From: Escherichia coli
GTDB lineage: Bacteria; Pseudomonadota; Gammaproteobacteria; Enterobacterales; Enterobacteriaceae
Direction: 5' to 3' (one strand)
Assembly: GCF_003790525.1 (NCBI RefSeq)
Contig: NZ_CP033635.1
Length of the DNA stretch: 64,000 nt
The position numbers and the translations under genes were made by a program. The notes beneath the pieces were generated by a model, which was given only the letters and a program-made list of their open reading frames with translations, was not told where the DNA came from and ran no database searches. This document shows, piece by piece, positions 8,229 to 17,100 of the stretch; position 1 is the stretch's first letter, and each line of letters starts with the position of its first letter.

Positions 8229-10247
8229 ATGCGTCTCTTTTTGTGTGAGAAACCTTCACAGGCCGGTGATATAGCCAGAGTACTTGGGGCTGCCAGACGT
8301 GTTGATGGTGCGATTGAAGGTAAGGACTTTGTTGTGACCTGGGCCTTTGGTCACTTGCTGGAGCAGGCGCCACCGGAGGCGTATGGTGAGCAGTTTGGCA
8401 GTCCCTGGAAAATTGACGTTTTGCCGGTCTTTCCTGAACAGTGGCAGATGGTGGTGAAGGATAATGTCGGGAAGCAGTTTAATGTGATCAGCCGCCTTCT
8501 CCGTAAGGCTGATGAAGTGGTGATTGCCACTGACGCCGATCGTGAAGGCGAAATTATCGCAAGGGAACTGCTGGATTATTGTGGTTATACCGGCGTTGTG
8601 CGCCGTCTCTGGCTGTCCGCACTGGATGAGAGCAGTATCAGGGAGGCGCTGGGCAGGATACTGCCCGGAGAGGAGACCGAGAAGTTATATGAAGCCGGTA
8701 AGGGACGCAGCCGGGCTGACTGGCTGACGGGGATCAACCTGACGCGTCTGTATACCCTGAAAGCCAGGGAGTGTGGTGTGTCCGGCGTCCTCTCTGTTGG
8801 CAGGGTGCAGACGCCCACGCTTGCGATGGTGGTCAGACGGGATGCAGAAATCAAAAATTTTATTCCGGTACCTTACTGGCAACTGTATCTCTGGCTGGAG
8901 AAGGACAATGTGCGTTTTCGTACCTCCTGGATTGCGGCAGCGCAGTACTGCGATACTGAAAAACGGTGTGTGAATGTGCAGGCGGCAACAGCCGTCCTGT
9001 CACAGTGTCGTCAGGCCGGTGTTGCTGTTGTCAGGGATGTCAGCAGCAGACGGGAGAAAAAGCAGCCTCCGCTGTGTTTTTCGCTCGGAACGCTGCAGGA
9101 GGTCTGTTCGCGCAAATTTGGCCTCGGCGCGCAGGCCGTTCTTGATATAGCCCAGTCGCTGTACGAAAAGCATAAGGCGACAACATATCCGCGTACAGAT
9201 TGCGGTTATCTGCCTGTGTCGATGTACAAAGAAGTGCCTGACGTACTGGCAGCGCTGGAAAAAACCGATCCGGATATTGCCCCGGAGCTGGCAAAACTCA
9301 GTCCTGATATTGTGTCGGGGATCTGGAACGACAGGAAGATCACCGCGCATCATGCGATAATCCCCACCCGTCAGCCGTTTAATATTGGGGCGCTGAGTGA
9401 TAATGAGCTTAAGGTGTACCGGTTAATTCGTCAGCATTATCTGGCTCAGTTTTTACCCGTTCAGGAGCTGGATGTCACAGAGGCCACTTTTCTTGTTGCG
9501 GGGCAGTTGTTTGGAACGCGGGGGCGAGTGGAGGTTGTCAGGGGATGGCGTGCGCTTTTTGTGTCAGATTCGGCGGGAGAGGAAGAGGATGTTGCAGACG
9601 ATGAGCAGGCGATGCCCCTTCCCGTACTGGCAAAAGGCGATGAATGTCGTCCTGCTGAAGCTGAACTCAAAGAGATGCAGACCACGCCACCGCGTCATTA
9701 TACGGAAGGCACGCTGATTGCGGCGATGAAAAACGCTGCGGGGATGGTGAGTGATCCGGCACTGAAAAAAGTGTTACGCGAAAATGCGGGGCTGGGCACT
9801 GAAGCGACCCGCGCAGAAATACTGGAAACGTTGTTCACCCGCAAATATATCGAGAAGCAGGGTAAGCATATCCGTGCCACGCAACTGGGGGCGGAGCTGA
9901 TAGCGGGATTGCCGGAGGCGCTGACCAGTCCGGGGACAACGGCGCTGTGGGAACAGGCTCTGGATGATATTGCACAGGGTAAACTGTCACTGTCGTCATT
10001 TATGGAAAAGCAGAAACAGTGGCTTAACCACCTGGTGGCCGGTGCAAGGCAGCAGCAACTGCAGATCACGGCACCGGTTACGCCGGCATGCCCTCTTTGT
10101 GGGAGCAGAATGCGGAAAGTGAAGATGAAAAGCGGGAAAGGGGAATTCTGGAGCTGCCAGCGTTATCCGGAGTGTAAGGGAGTGATTTCAGAGCAGAAAC
10201 CGACATCCGGGAAACGGGGCGGCAGAAAAATTAAAAAGCATGGATGA
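8229..10247 (+). CDS. topB: DNA topoisomerase III
   Basis: N-terminal Toprim motif MRLFLCEKPSQAGDIARVLGA, conserved topoisomerase IA core, C-terminal zinc ribbon CPLCGS...CQRYPEC. Confidence 0.9.
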   Translation: MRLFLCEKPSQAGDIARVLGAARRVDGAIEGKDFVVTWAFGHLLEQAPPEAYGEQFGSPWKIDVLPVFPEQWQMVVKDNVGKQFNVISRLLRKADEVVIATDADREGEIIARELLDYCGYTGVVRRLWLSALDESSIREALGRILPGEETEKLYEAGKGRSRADWLTGINLTRLYTLKARECGVSGVLSVGRVQTPTLAMVVRRDAEIKNFIPVPYWQLYLWLEKDNVRFRTSWIAAAQYCDTEKRCVNVQAATAVLSQCRQAGVAVVRDVSSRREKKQPPLCFSLGTLQEVCSRKFGLGAQAVLDIAQSLYEKHKATTYPRTDCGYLPVSMYKEVPDVLAALEKTDPDIAPELAKLSPDIVSGIWNDRKITAHHAIIPTRQPFNIGALSDNELKVYRLIRQHYLAQFLPVQELDVTEATFLVAGQLFGTRGRVEVVRGWRALFVSDSAGEEEDVADDEQAMPLPVLAKGDECRPAEAELKEMQTTPPRHYTEGTLIAAMKNAAGMVSDPALKKVLRENAGLGTEATRAEILETLFTRKYIEKQGKHIRATQLGAELIAGLPEALTSPGTTALWEQALDDIAQGKLSLSSFMEKQKQWLNHLVAGARQQQLQITAPVTPACPLCGSRMRKVKMKSGKGEFWSCQRYPECKGVISEQKPTSGKRGGRKIKKHG

Positions 10248-10514
10248 TGATTACATGCTTTTTTTTATTTGTTAAAGTACATACGCTTTGATGTATACCC
10301 CCGTTATCAGCGGGAAACAGAGTGGCGATTAAACAACGGCGTTGCTCTGTTTCTGATACAGCAACGACCACTGCGTCCGGTTGTGTTGCAAGGCGCACGA
10401 ACTCCGTGAAAACCGCGTCGGGAGTGATCCCCGGAGAAAAGTGAGATAACCTCAGGGCTGGTAACCCGTGACGGCGCTGAATTTTCAGCGCCGTTTTTTA
10501 TTGGTGTTTTCTGC

Positions 10515-10815
10515 TTGACTTTATTTATGGCTGTTTTAAAAATGAGCATGCTAAATAGCTGCTTTGCAGCCAACCAATCTCCCGGTGGTCTGAGAGGGAG
10601 GCTTACGCGACCACACTGTCATCTTCGGATGACCAGCCAATGTTCCAGCAGTCTGAGAGGAGCGCCTTCGGGTGACTGCCAGCCAATGTTTCAGCGATCT
10701 GAGAGAAACGCCTTCGGGTGATTGCAATATCCTCGTAGCCTGAAAGGGGATGCCTTTATGGCGGTACATCCGTTTAGCCTCTGGGAACGGATATCACCAC
10801 TGGTGATTGAGGTAC
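10515..10815 (+). ncRNA. candidate structured RNA or ssDNA element with three hairpin modules (copy 1), unclassified
   Basis: -35-like TTGACT at 10515; modules at 10587-10612, 10649-10678, 10695-10724 each with outer stem, UGAGAG-rich internal loop and CGCC-UUCG-GGUG tetraloop stem; extra hairpin GTCATC-TTCG-GATGAC at 10618-10633. Confidence 0.45.
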
Positions 10816-10937
10816 GTTTAACTGCACAGACAGCCGGAAATTCAGCTGATTCCGGCATCCCCGACGGGAACTATCACTCCCGTCAGGGCTGGTGATGTTC
10901 TCCGTCATATCTTTTTTTACTCCATGGAGAAATCATC

Positions 10938-11402
10938 ATGTCTGCAACTAACTCTACTTCTGCAAAAACTGAATACTTCAACCTGACCATGAAAGGTCTT
11001 GGGTATCTCAGCAATGTACGTCAGGTTAACCATCAGAACGGTTCGTTCCTCAGCTGCGTGATTAACGCACTGAGTGGACCAACGGACAATCCGTCCTATA
11101 CGCGTTTTGATGTCACGGTTGCCGGTAAAGAGGCGACCACCCTGATCTCCCGCTGCCAGAAAGCAGTGGATGAGGACCGCAAGGTACTGCTTGGTTTTAC
11201 GTTAAGCAACCTTGCCACCGACATTTTCACCCTGAACAAGGGGGAGCATGCCGGTGAGCAACGCGTCAGCCTGAAAGCCCGCCTGATCAAGGTGGACTGG
11301 ATAAAAATAGGCCAGGAGCAGGTCTATAAGGCTGAAAAAGCGGAGTCCCAGCCACCGAGCCATGGCACCACAAAACGTGAATACGCAGAAGACTCCTTCT
11401 GA
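10938..11402 (+). CDS. STY4534-family ICE protein (putative)
   Basis: 154-aa ORF with GGAGAAA RBS; family assignment from memory, uncertain. Confidence 0.4.
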   Translation: MSATNSTSAKTEYFNLTMKGLGYLSNVRQVNHQNGSFLSCVINALSGPTDNPSYTRFDVTVAGKEATTLISRCQKAVDEDRKVLLGFTLSNLATDIFTLNKGEHAGEQRVSLKARLIKVDWIKIGQEQVYKAEKAESQPPSHGTTKREYAEDSF

Positions 11403-11501
11403 TCGCGTATTTTTCTCACTGCCTCCCTGATAAAGAAAACAGACCACCATCAGGGAGGTCTGTTTTCTTATTGTTTTTACTGAACTTTAAGGAAACAAAT
11501 T

Positions 11502-11705
11502 ATGACTTCTACAAACGGTATTCTCGCAGCTGCGGCAGGTTATACATTACCTCTGGAAATACTCAAAAGTGGGCGCGGATATTATATTGGCACTCAGTGT
11601 TCTGAAGGACCGGTATCCCGTGAATCAGAAGAGTATTTCAAAAAATATGAGCAGGCTGAGCGGGCGCTGAAAAATGGCACCTGGACACAACGTCATGCCT
11701 GGTAA
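11502..11705 (+). CDS. DUF905-like small protein (YkfF-like)
   Basis: 67-aa ORF; resembles small proteins co-occurring with ssb in CP4-type islands (recollection). Confidence 0.35.
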   Translation: MTSTNGILAAAAGYTLPLEILKSGRGYYIGTQCSEGPVSRESEEYFKKYEQAERALKNGTWTQRHAW

Positions 11706-11717
11706 TGAGGAGGTGCT

Positions 11718-12275
11718 ATGGCTTCACGCGGCGTAAACAAAGTTATCCTGATAGGACATCTGGGGCAGGATCCGGATATCCGGTATTTCCCCAATGGCGG
11801 TGGCGCTGTGGCGAATCTGTCACTGGCGACCAGCGACACCTGGCGGGATAAACAGAGCGGTGAAATGAAGGAAGTTACTGAATGGCACCGCGTTGTTCTC
11901 TATGGAAAACTGGCTGAAGTTGCCGGCGAGTACCTGCATAAGGGGTCGCAGGTGTATATAGAAGGCCAGCTTAAAACCCGTAAATGGTTTGACCAGCAGA
12001 ATGGTGTGGACCGTTATTCAACTGAGGTTGTTGTGGGCGTGAATGGTGTCATGCAGATGCTGGGTTCATCGCGTCAGCAGGGCGCTTCCGGTAATGGTGC
12101 TTCAGCACTGGCACAAGGGGGCCAGGGACATCCGCCGAAGACGACCGGACAGACTGGTCGTGCCACCCGGACGACGTCAACGGGTAATGGTGCTCCACCA
12201 ATGGACTTTGACGATGATATCCCCTTTATGGGGCTCGGGTATGGCATGGAACGACGAATTATTCATGCCATGTAA
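11718..12275 (+). CDS. ssb: single-stranded DNA-binding protein
   Basis: OB-fold N-terminus [28 protein letters not shown], Gly/Gln-rich linker, acidic tail DFDDDIPF. Confidence 0.92.
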   Translation: MASRGVNKVILIGHLGQDPDIRYFPNGGGAVANLSLATSDTWRDKQSGEMKEVTEWHRVVLYGKLAEVAGEYLHKGSQVYIEGQLKTRKWFDQQNGVDRYSTEVVVGVNGVMQMLGSSRQQGASGNGASALAQGGQGHPPKTTGQTGRATRTTSTGNGAPPMDFDDDIPFMGLGYGMERRIIHAM

Positions 12276-12285
12276 TATTAACCAC

Positions 12286-12308
12286 GGGGCGTTACGCCCC
12301 ACTTTTTT
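12286..12308 (+). terminator. rho-independent terminator after ssb
   Basis: GGGGCG-UUA-CGCCCC hairpin followed by T6 run. Confidence 0.6.
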
Positions 12309-12321
12309 ATCCGGAGGTTCC

Positions 12322-13290
12322 GTGAGTGAAAAAGTTAACAAAATCACTATGATTCATGACGGGGCGTTCAAGAAGACGCTTGAAGATCCCGCCGCAGTAA
12401 GGGACTTTCTTGAACAGGTCTTGACACACGATCAGATATCCCGCTGTAATCTTGATACAATAGAAGTTGAAAAGAATTCGTTCGTGACGGAAAGTTTGCG
12501 TCAGCATGCCTGTGATGTTTTGATCAGCATGAAGACAAACGACGGCAGGGACGGATACATTTATACCTTAATCGAGCACCAGAGTTCGCCGGATAAATTC
12601 ATCCCGCTGCGTATGATGCGATATATCCTGGCTGTAATGGAGCAACATGTTGAAAAGCATAAGTGTGCACCTGTGGTGATCCCCGTGTTGTTTTATCATG
12701 GTGCAATGCGGCCATATCCGTATCCGCTGAACTGGGTGGATTGTCTGGATGACCCGGAGTACGGACGGGAGATTTATGGCGAGTCAAAGTCATTCAGTCT
12801 GGTGGATGTCAGTACGCTTGATGATGATGAAATTGAGCAGTATCGCCGGATGGCGGCGCTGATGTACACCATGAAGTCCGGAACTCAAGGTGATTTGATT
12901 GAGCTGATTGGTAAATCGATCACACTGACGGATAAGTATGGCAGTAGCATTCACCTGAATACGGTGCTTACTTATCTGATGGAACTTTACCAGATGGATG
13001 TTGCTGAACTTTTTGAAGCAATATCCACACACTATCCCAGCCATAAGGGGGTGATTATGACGATAGCGGAACAACTGGAAGAGAAAGGTCGGGTTGAAGG
13101 TCTGGAGAAAGGCCTTGAGAAAGGCCTTGAGAAAGGCCGTGCTGAAGGCCGTGCTGAAGAGCGTCAAAAAGCGCTTGCAGAAACTTATGCATCTGTCCGT
13201 CGCATGAGCGATATGGGGATGTCAACGGAAGTTATTAAGCAGGCACTTCATCTTTCTGATGAACAGATTCAGGAAGCGCTTAATAATTAA
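12322..13290 (+). CDS. rpn: Rpn-family recombination-promoting nuclease (YhgA-like, PD-(D/E)xK)
   Basis: GTG 12322 four nt after GGAGG; motifs IEHQSSPDKFIPLRMMRY and VIPVLFYHG; C-terminal GLEKG repeats; track ORF 12043..13290 extends upstream in frame. Confidence 0.7.
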   Translation: MSEKVNKITMIHDGAFKKTLEDPAAVRDFLEQVLTHDQISRCNLDTIEVEKNSFVTESLRQHACDVLISMKTNDGRDGYIYTLIEHQSSPDKFIPLRMMRYILAVMEQHVEKHKCAPVVIPVLFYHGAMRPYPYPLNWVDCLDDPEYGREIYGESKSFSLVDVSTLDDDEIEQYRRMAALMYTMKSGTQGDLIELIGKSITLTDKYGSSIHLNTVLTYLMELYQMDVAELFEAISTHYPSHKGVIMTIAEQLEEKGRVEGLEKGLEKGLEKGRAEGRAEERQKALAETYASVRRMSDMGMSTEVIKQALHLSDEQIQEALNN

Positions 13291-13385
13291 CCTCGCATCG
13301 TAATGATGTGGCAGAGCGCGACTGATGCGTCAGAACGTGTGATGCCCTGTGAACACAGCGCCTGCCATTGTGCAGGCGTTTTTTT
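12978..13385. repeat. direct repeat copy A (3' end of rpn plus downstream hairpin region)
   Basis: About 400 bp nearly identical to 13407..13770 apart from number of 15-nt GGCCTTGAGAAAGGC-type units. Confidence 0.8.
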
Positions 13386-13405
13386 ATCAATCAGTCTGGT
13401 AAATT

Positions 13406-13672
13406 GTGATGGAACTTTACCAGATGGATTTTGCTGAACTTTCTGAAGCAATATTCACACACTATCCCAGCCACAAGGGGGTGATTATGACGATAGCGGA
13501 ACAACTGGAAGAGAAAGGCCTTGAGAAAGGCCGTGCAGAAGAGCGTCAAAAAGCGCTTGCAGAAACCTATGCATCTGTCCGTCGCATGAGTGATATGGGG
13601 ATGTCAACAGAAGTTATTAAGCAAGCTCTTCAGCTTTCTGATGAACAGATTCAGGAAGCGCTTAATAATTAA
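13406..13672 (+). CDS. stand-alone duplicate of Rpn C-terminal domain (RpnS-like small protein)
   Basis: 88-aa ORF about 90 percent identical to last ~95 aa of rpn, fewer GLEKG units, own GTG/ATG start. Confidence 0.5.
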   Translation: MMELYQMDFAELSEAIFTHYPSHKGVIMTIAEQLEEKGLEKGRAEERQKALAETYASVRRMSDMGMSTEVIKQALQLSDEQIQEALNN

Positions 13673-13770
13673 CCTCACATCGTAATGATGTGGCAGAGCG
13701 CGACTGATGCGTCAGAATGCGTGATGCCCTGTGAACACAGCGCCTGCCATTGTGCAGGCGTTTTTTTTGT
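13407..13770. repeat. direct repeat copy B
   Basis: Second copy of rpn 3' segment including conserved downstream hairpin GCCTGCCATTGTGCAGGCG + T-run. Confidence 0.8.
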
Positions 13771-13862
13771 CAACCGGAAATCAGTTGTTCATTGAGCCTC
13801 CCCTCACTTCTTCTGCAAATTGACCTCTGACTTTATCACTTCACTGCAGAGGTAATTCCCTG

Positions 13863-14441
13863 ATGAAAATATCCCTTCTTTTTTCCGCGCTGTCTGTCTG
13901 TGTGTTGCTGGCGGGGTGCCAGAGTCCGCAAAAACTGCAGCAGAGGGCGGCTGCCGTCCCGGTACCGTCGGTGACAGTCAGCAACAATGTCCGTCCGGCA
14001 AATCCGGATGTGTACGCCGGTGCGGCGACACCGGAGGTGGTGCGTTATGACCGCTATCTGCTGGTTAACACGGCACCGGATACGGTACAGCGTGACCCGC
14101 TTTCCCAGGTGATTGACATCCGCATTCCGGCATCACTGAAGCCGACGGTGGCGGATGCGATGCGTTATGCCCTGAAACAGTCCGGCTACACACTCTGCGC
14201 CACGGGGCCTGCCAACGGTGTGCTCTACCGTCAGCCGCTACCGGCCGTGCAGTACCAGACCGGGCCGGTCAGACTGCGGAGCGCGCTGCAGATGATGGCG
14301 GGGCCGGCATGGCAGCTTGAGGTGGATGATGTGCAGCGCGTGGTCTGTCACAGTCTGCGTGAGGGTTATCAGTTACCGGCACGCCAGCTGGCGCCGGTAC
14401 CGGCGGTGGTGAAGGTATCCGGTGCGGAGCAGAAAAAATGA
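13863..14441 (+). CDS. pilL: PilL-family lipoprotein of the ICE conjugation region
   Basis: Signal peptide with lipobox LLAGC; first gene of the T4SS block. Confidence 0.55.
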   Translation: MKISLLFSALSVCVLLAGCQSPQKLQQRAAAVPVPSVTVSNNVRPANPDVYAGAATPEVVRYDRYLLVNTAPDTVQRDPLSQVIDIRIPASLKPTVADAMRYALKQSGYTLCATGPANGVLYRQPLPAVQYQTGPVRLRSALQMMAGPAWQLEVDDVQRVVCHSLREGYQLPARQLAPVPAVVKVSGAEQKK

Positions 14442-15217
14442 GTGAAAAGCAACAGGAGATATCAGCCGCTGCAGGTGGTTCAGGTGGCACCACACCGTCA
14501 GGAAGGGCGAAACGGCGTCCCTCTCCCGGTCTGTTCGCAGGGCTGGTGACGGTGGTGATGATGGCGATCGCGGTTGCCGGTCTGGTTCGTTATACGGGAG
14601 AGCAGGACAGGCGAATGACTGCGCTGGCGGTGCAGATGAAGGCGTATTCTGATGCGCTCGCCTTGTCCGGAACGGAACTGGTACCACTGAGGGAGAGGCT
14701 GGCTGAGACCGAAAAACAGCTGAAGAGTGTGGCGGAACGTATTTCTCAGCTGGAAAAGCGTCCTGCACTGACGGAGGAAGAGCATGCGCGTACGGGAGAG
14801 ATGGCCGCCAGCCTGGCATCACTGCAGACCTCACTGGCGCAACAGGGAGAAACGCTTCGCACGTATGAGCAGCGACTGGAGAAGGTGGAGAAGACTTCAG
14901 TCACCCCGGTATCACCGTCATCTGCGAAAGGCGCGGGCGGGACGATGAAGGGCACAGCGGCGGTTGCGCCACAGAAGAAACGAATGTCTGCCGGCGTGCC
15001 GGTGGTCAGTCGTACCGCGCCGTTTGTTCTGACCGGGACAGAGCAGCGGGGAGGCCGTACGTATGCGGCAGTGGCCCCCCGTGGATTCAGCAGTCTTGCT
15101 GATGTGACGTTACTGGGTGAAGGGGAGAGCACGACAGGCTGGGTGCTTGAGCGTGCAGGACGTGGCGAGGCCACGTTCCGGGTGAATGGTCGTCAGGTCC
15201 GGGTCATGGTGGAGTGA
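14438..15217 (+). CDS. conserved ICE conjugation protein (TM anchor + coiled coil)
   Basis: N-terminal TM helix then coiled-coil; overlaps neighbours. Confidence 0.45.
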   Translation: MSEKQQEISAAAGGSGGTTPSGRAKRRPSPGLFAGLVTVVMMAIAVAGLVRYTGEQDRRMTALAVQMKAYSDALALSGTELVPLRERLAETEKQLKSVAERISQLEKRPALTEEEHARTGEMAASLASLQTSLAQQGETLRTYEQRLEKVEKTSVTPVSPSSAKGAGGTMKGTAAVAPQKKRMSAGVPVVSRTAPFVLTGTEQRGGRTYAAVAPRGFSSLADVTLLGEGESTTGWVLERAGRGEATFRVNGRQVRVMVE

Positions 15218-15941
15218 GAAAATGAAGCTGAAAAGTCTGTCACTGGCGCTCATGCTGCTGTCCCTGCAGGCGATGGCCGCCGTACAGGAGAGTACGCAGC
15301 AGGGAACGCGCACCTCCTCATCCTCTCAGGTCAGTACCACCACACAGGAACTGCAGCAGCAGGCCGGGCAGTGGGGACTCAGTGAGGAAGATTACCGGCG
15401 TTACCGTACCCTGATGGAAGGTCCCCGCGGTATTCAGTCTCCGGGGCTGGACCCGCTGACGGTACTGGGGATTGAAGCGCGGACGGATGCAGAGCGCAGG
15501 GTGCTGGCCGAAAAATGGGTTAAAGCTGAGTATGAACGCACTGAGAAGGAACTGGCTTTCCAGCGTGAAGTGAATGCCGCCTGGAAACGGTTGTATCCGG
15601 GGGTGATGCCGGTCAGCCTGGGGAATTCTGCCGGCATCGCCCGTGACACCGGGGGACGTCTTGCCCTGTTTGTCAGGTCGAAAGACTGCAGTACCTGTGA
15701 TGCGCGGCTGGCCGCCGTGCTTTCATCCGGTCGTCAGGTGGATATTTACCTGGTCGACAGTCAGGGAAATGATGAAAAGCTGAGGCAGTGGGCCCGGGAG
15801 CACAGTATCCCGGCAGACCGTGTGCGCAGTCGCCACATCACGCTGAACCATGACGGCGGTCGCTGGCTGCGGTTTGGGGAGGGGAGAATGCCGGTGGTAC
15901 TTCAGCAGGGGGCTGACGGATGGCGCGTGGCAGCCTTCTGA
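15186..15941 (+). CDS. conserved ICE periplasmic protein
   Basis: Signal peptide MKLKSLSLALMLLSLQAMA (true start probably near 15222). Confidence 0.45.
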   Translation: MVVRSGSWWSEKMKLKSLSLALMLLSLQAMAAVQESTQQGTRTSSSSQVSTTTQELQQQAGQWGLSEEDYRRYRTLMEGPRGIQSPGLDPLTVLGIEARTDAERRVLAEKWVKAEYERTEKELAFQREVNAAWKRLYPGVMPVSLGNSAGIARDTGGRLALFVRSKDCSTCDARLAAVLSSGRQVDIYLVDSQGNDEKLRQWAREHSIPADRVRSRHITLNHDGGRWLRFGEGRMPVVLQQGADGWRVAAF

Positions 15942-16576
15942 TGTCGCTGCTGCTGATGGCAGTCAGCATTCCGGCGGGGGCGGCGCTGCATGATATCCCG
16001 GAGGGATACGTGCGTGTGGCGGAACAGCATGGAGTTCCGGCAGAAGTACTCTATGCCGTCTCGCTGACCGAGACGGCCATGGTCCCCTCCGCCATTGGTG
16101 CTGTAATGAAAAAACGGAATGAGGATTACAGGGTACCAGCAGTGGCACGTCCCTGGCCCTGGACCATCAATGTGGCGGGCCGGGGATACCGCTATGCCAG
16201 TCGACTGGAGGCCTGGCAGGCCCTCCAGGTTTTTCTGAAACGATATCCGGCCCGACGGATTGATGTGGGGATAGCCCAGGTCAATCTGGGCTGGAACGGG
16301 CACCGTTTTGCGTCCACATGGGCGGCATTTGACCCGTACACCAGTCTGAACACGGCGGCGGTCATCCTGAGAGAATGTCGCCGTCGCCATCCTGACAGCT
16401 GGCTGCAGGCTGCCGGCTGTTATCACCATCCGGCAGGCGGCGCACCCGCAGTACGCTACATCGCGCTGGTGAGGCGGCATATTGACCGCCTCCACCGTGA
16501 TGCGGTCAGTACGTCAGGTGTGACTGCCATGAATCCCCGTTATATCCGGACAGAACCCCGGGAGTTAACCCCATGA
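15920..16576 (+). CDS. lytic transglycosylase (SLT domain)
   Basis: Signal peptide; motif AVSLTETAM typical of SLT catalytic region. Confidence 0.65.
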   Translation: MARGSLLMSLLLMAVSIPAGAALHDIPEGYVRVAEQHGVPAEVLYAVSLTETAMVPSAIGAVMKKRNEDYRVPAVARPWPWTINVAGRGYRYASRLEAWQALQVFLKRYPARRIDVGIAQVNLGWNGHRFASTWAAFDPYTSLNTAAVILRECRRRHPDSWLQAAGCYHHPAGGAPAVRYIALVRRHIDRLHRDAVSTSGVTAMNPRYIRTEPRELTP

Positions 16577-17100
16577 AACGATTTAAACGATATGTCATGA
16601 CGACCGCAACGGGTCTGTTGCTGTGCGCGGCTCAGGCCGGCGCGGAGCTCAGGGTGATTGCTGACCTTGGTGGCAGTGATGCCGGCAGGTTTTATGAAGC
16701 AATAAACCGCCAGGTGGACAGCGGAACGTCGTCGCCTGTCACGGCGCTGCTGCCGCAGGGGGAGAGTGCGATGCTGCCGGTTTCCACGCCGGAAATGTCT
16801 CCCGGAGAGGTGACGCCGAGGCCACTGCAGTTACCGGGGCTGGGGGCACTGTTCCTCGTGGGGGATGATGCACTCTCCCGTCAGTGGCTGCAGGCGAATG
16901 CGGCCGCGCTGCTTGAAAGGAAGGCTGCCGGTATGGTGGTGAGCGTGACGAATGAGAGCGGTCTGCAGGCGCTGCGGGCGCTGGCTCCCGGTGTGATGAT
17001 GGTACCGGCTTCCGGTTCAGCACTGGCCCGCCGTCTGCAGCTTGACCACTGGCCGGTGCTGATAACGGACAGTGGTATCAGCAGTGTGGTGATGCCGTGA
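16573..17100 (+). CDS. conserved ICE periplasmic protein
   Basis: Signal peptide, Ala/Pro-rich; overlapping stop-start. Confidence 0.45.
   Translation: MKRFKRYVMTTATGLLLCAAQAGAELRVIADLGGSDAGRFYEAINRQVDSGTSSPVTALLPQGESAMLPVSTPEMSPGEVTPRPLQLPGLGALFLVGDDALSRQWLQANAAALLERKAAGMVVSVTNESGLQALRALAPGVMMVPASGSALARRLQLDHWPVLITDSGISSVVMP

Noticed and set aside
10515-10815. Retron msr/msd or CsrB-like RNA
   Set aside because: No reverse transcriptase gene adjacent and no flanking a1/a2 inverted repeats; GGA motifs lie in internal loops rather than hairpin loops and repeat architecture differs from CsrB/RsmZ.
10515-11402. Type III toxin-antitoxin locus (repeat-RNA antitoxin followed by endoribonuclease toxin)
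   Set aside because: The repeat length and number (2-3 x ~45 nt) and promoter-repeats-terminator layout are reminiscent, but the repeats are imperfect, the gap to the next gene is ~200 bp, and the genes downstream of the three copies are unrelated to each other and show no ToxN/AbiQ-like features. Not supported.
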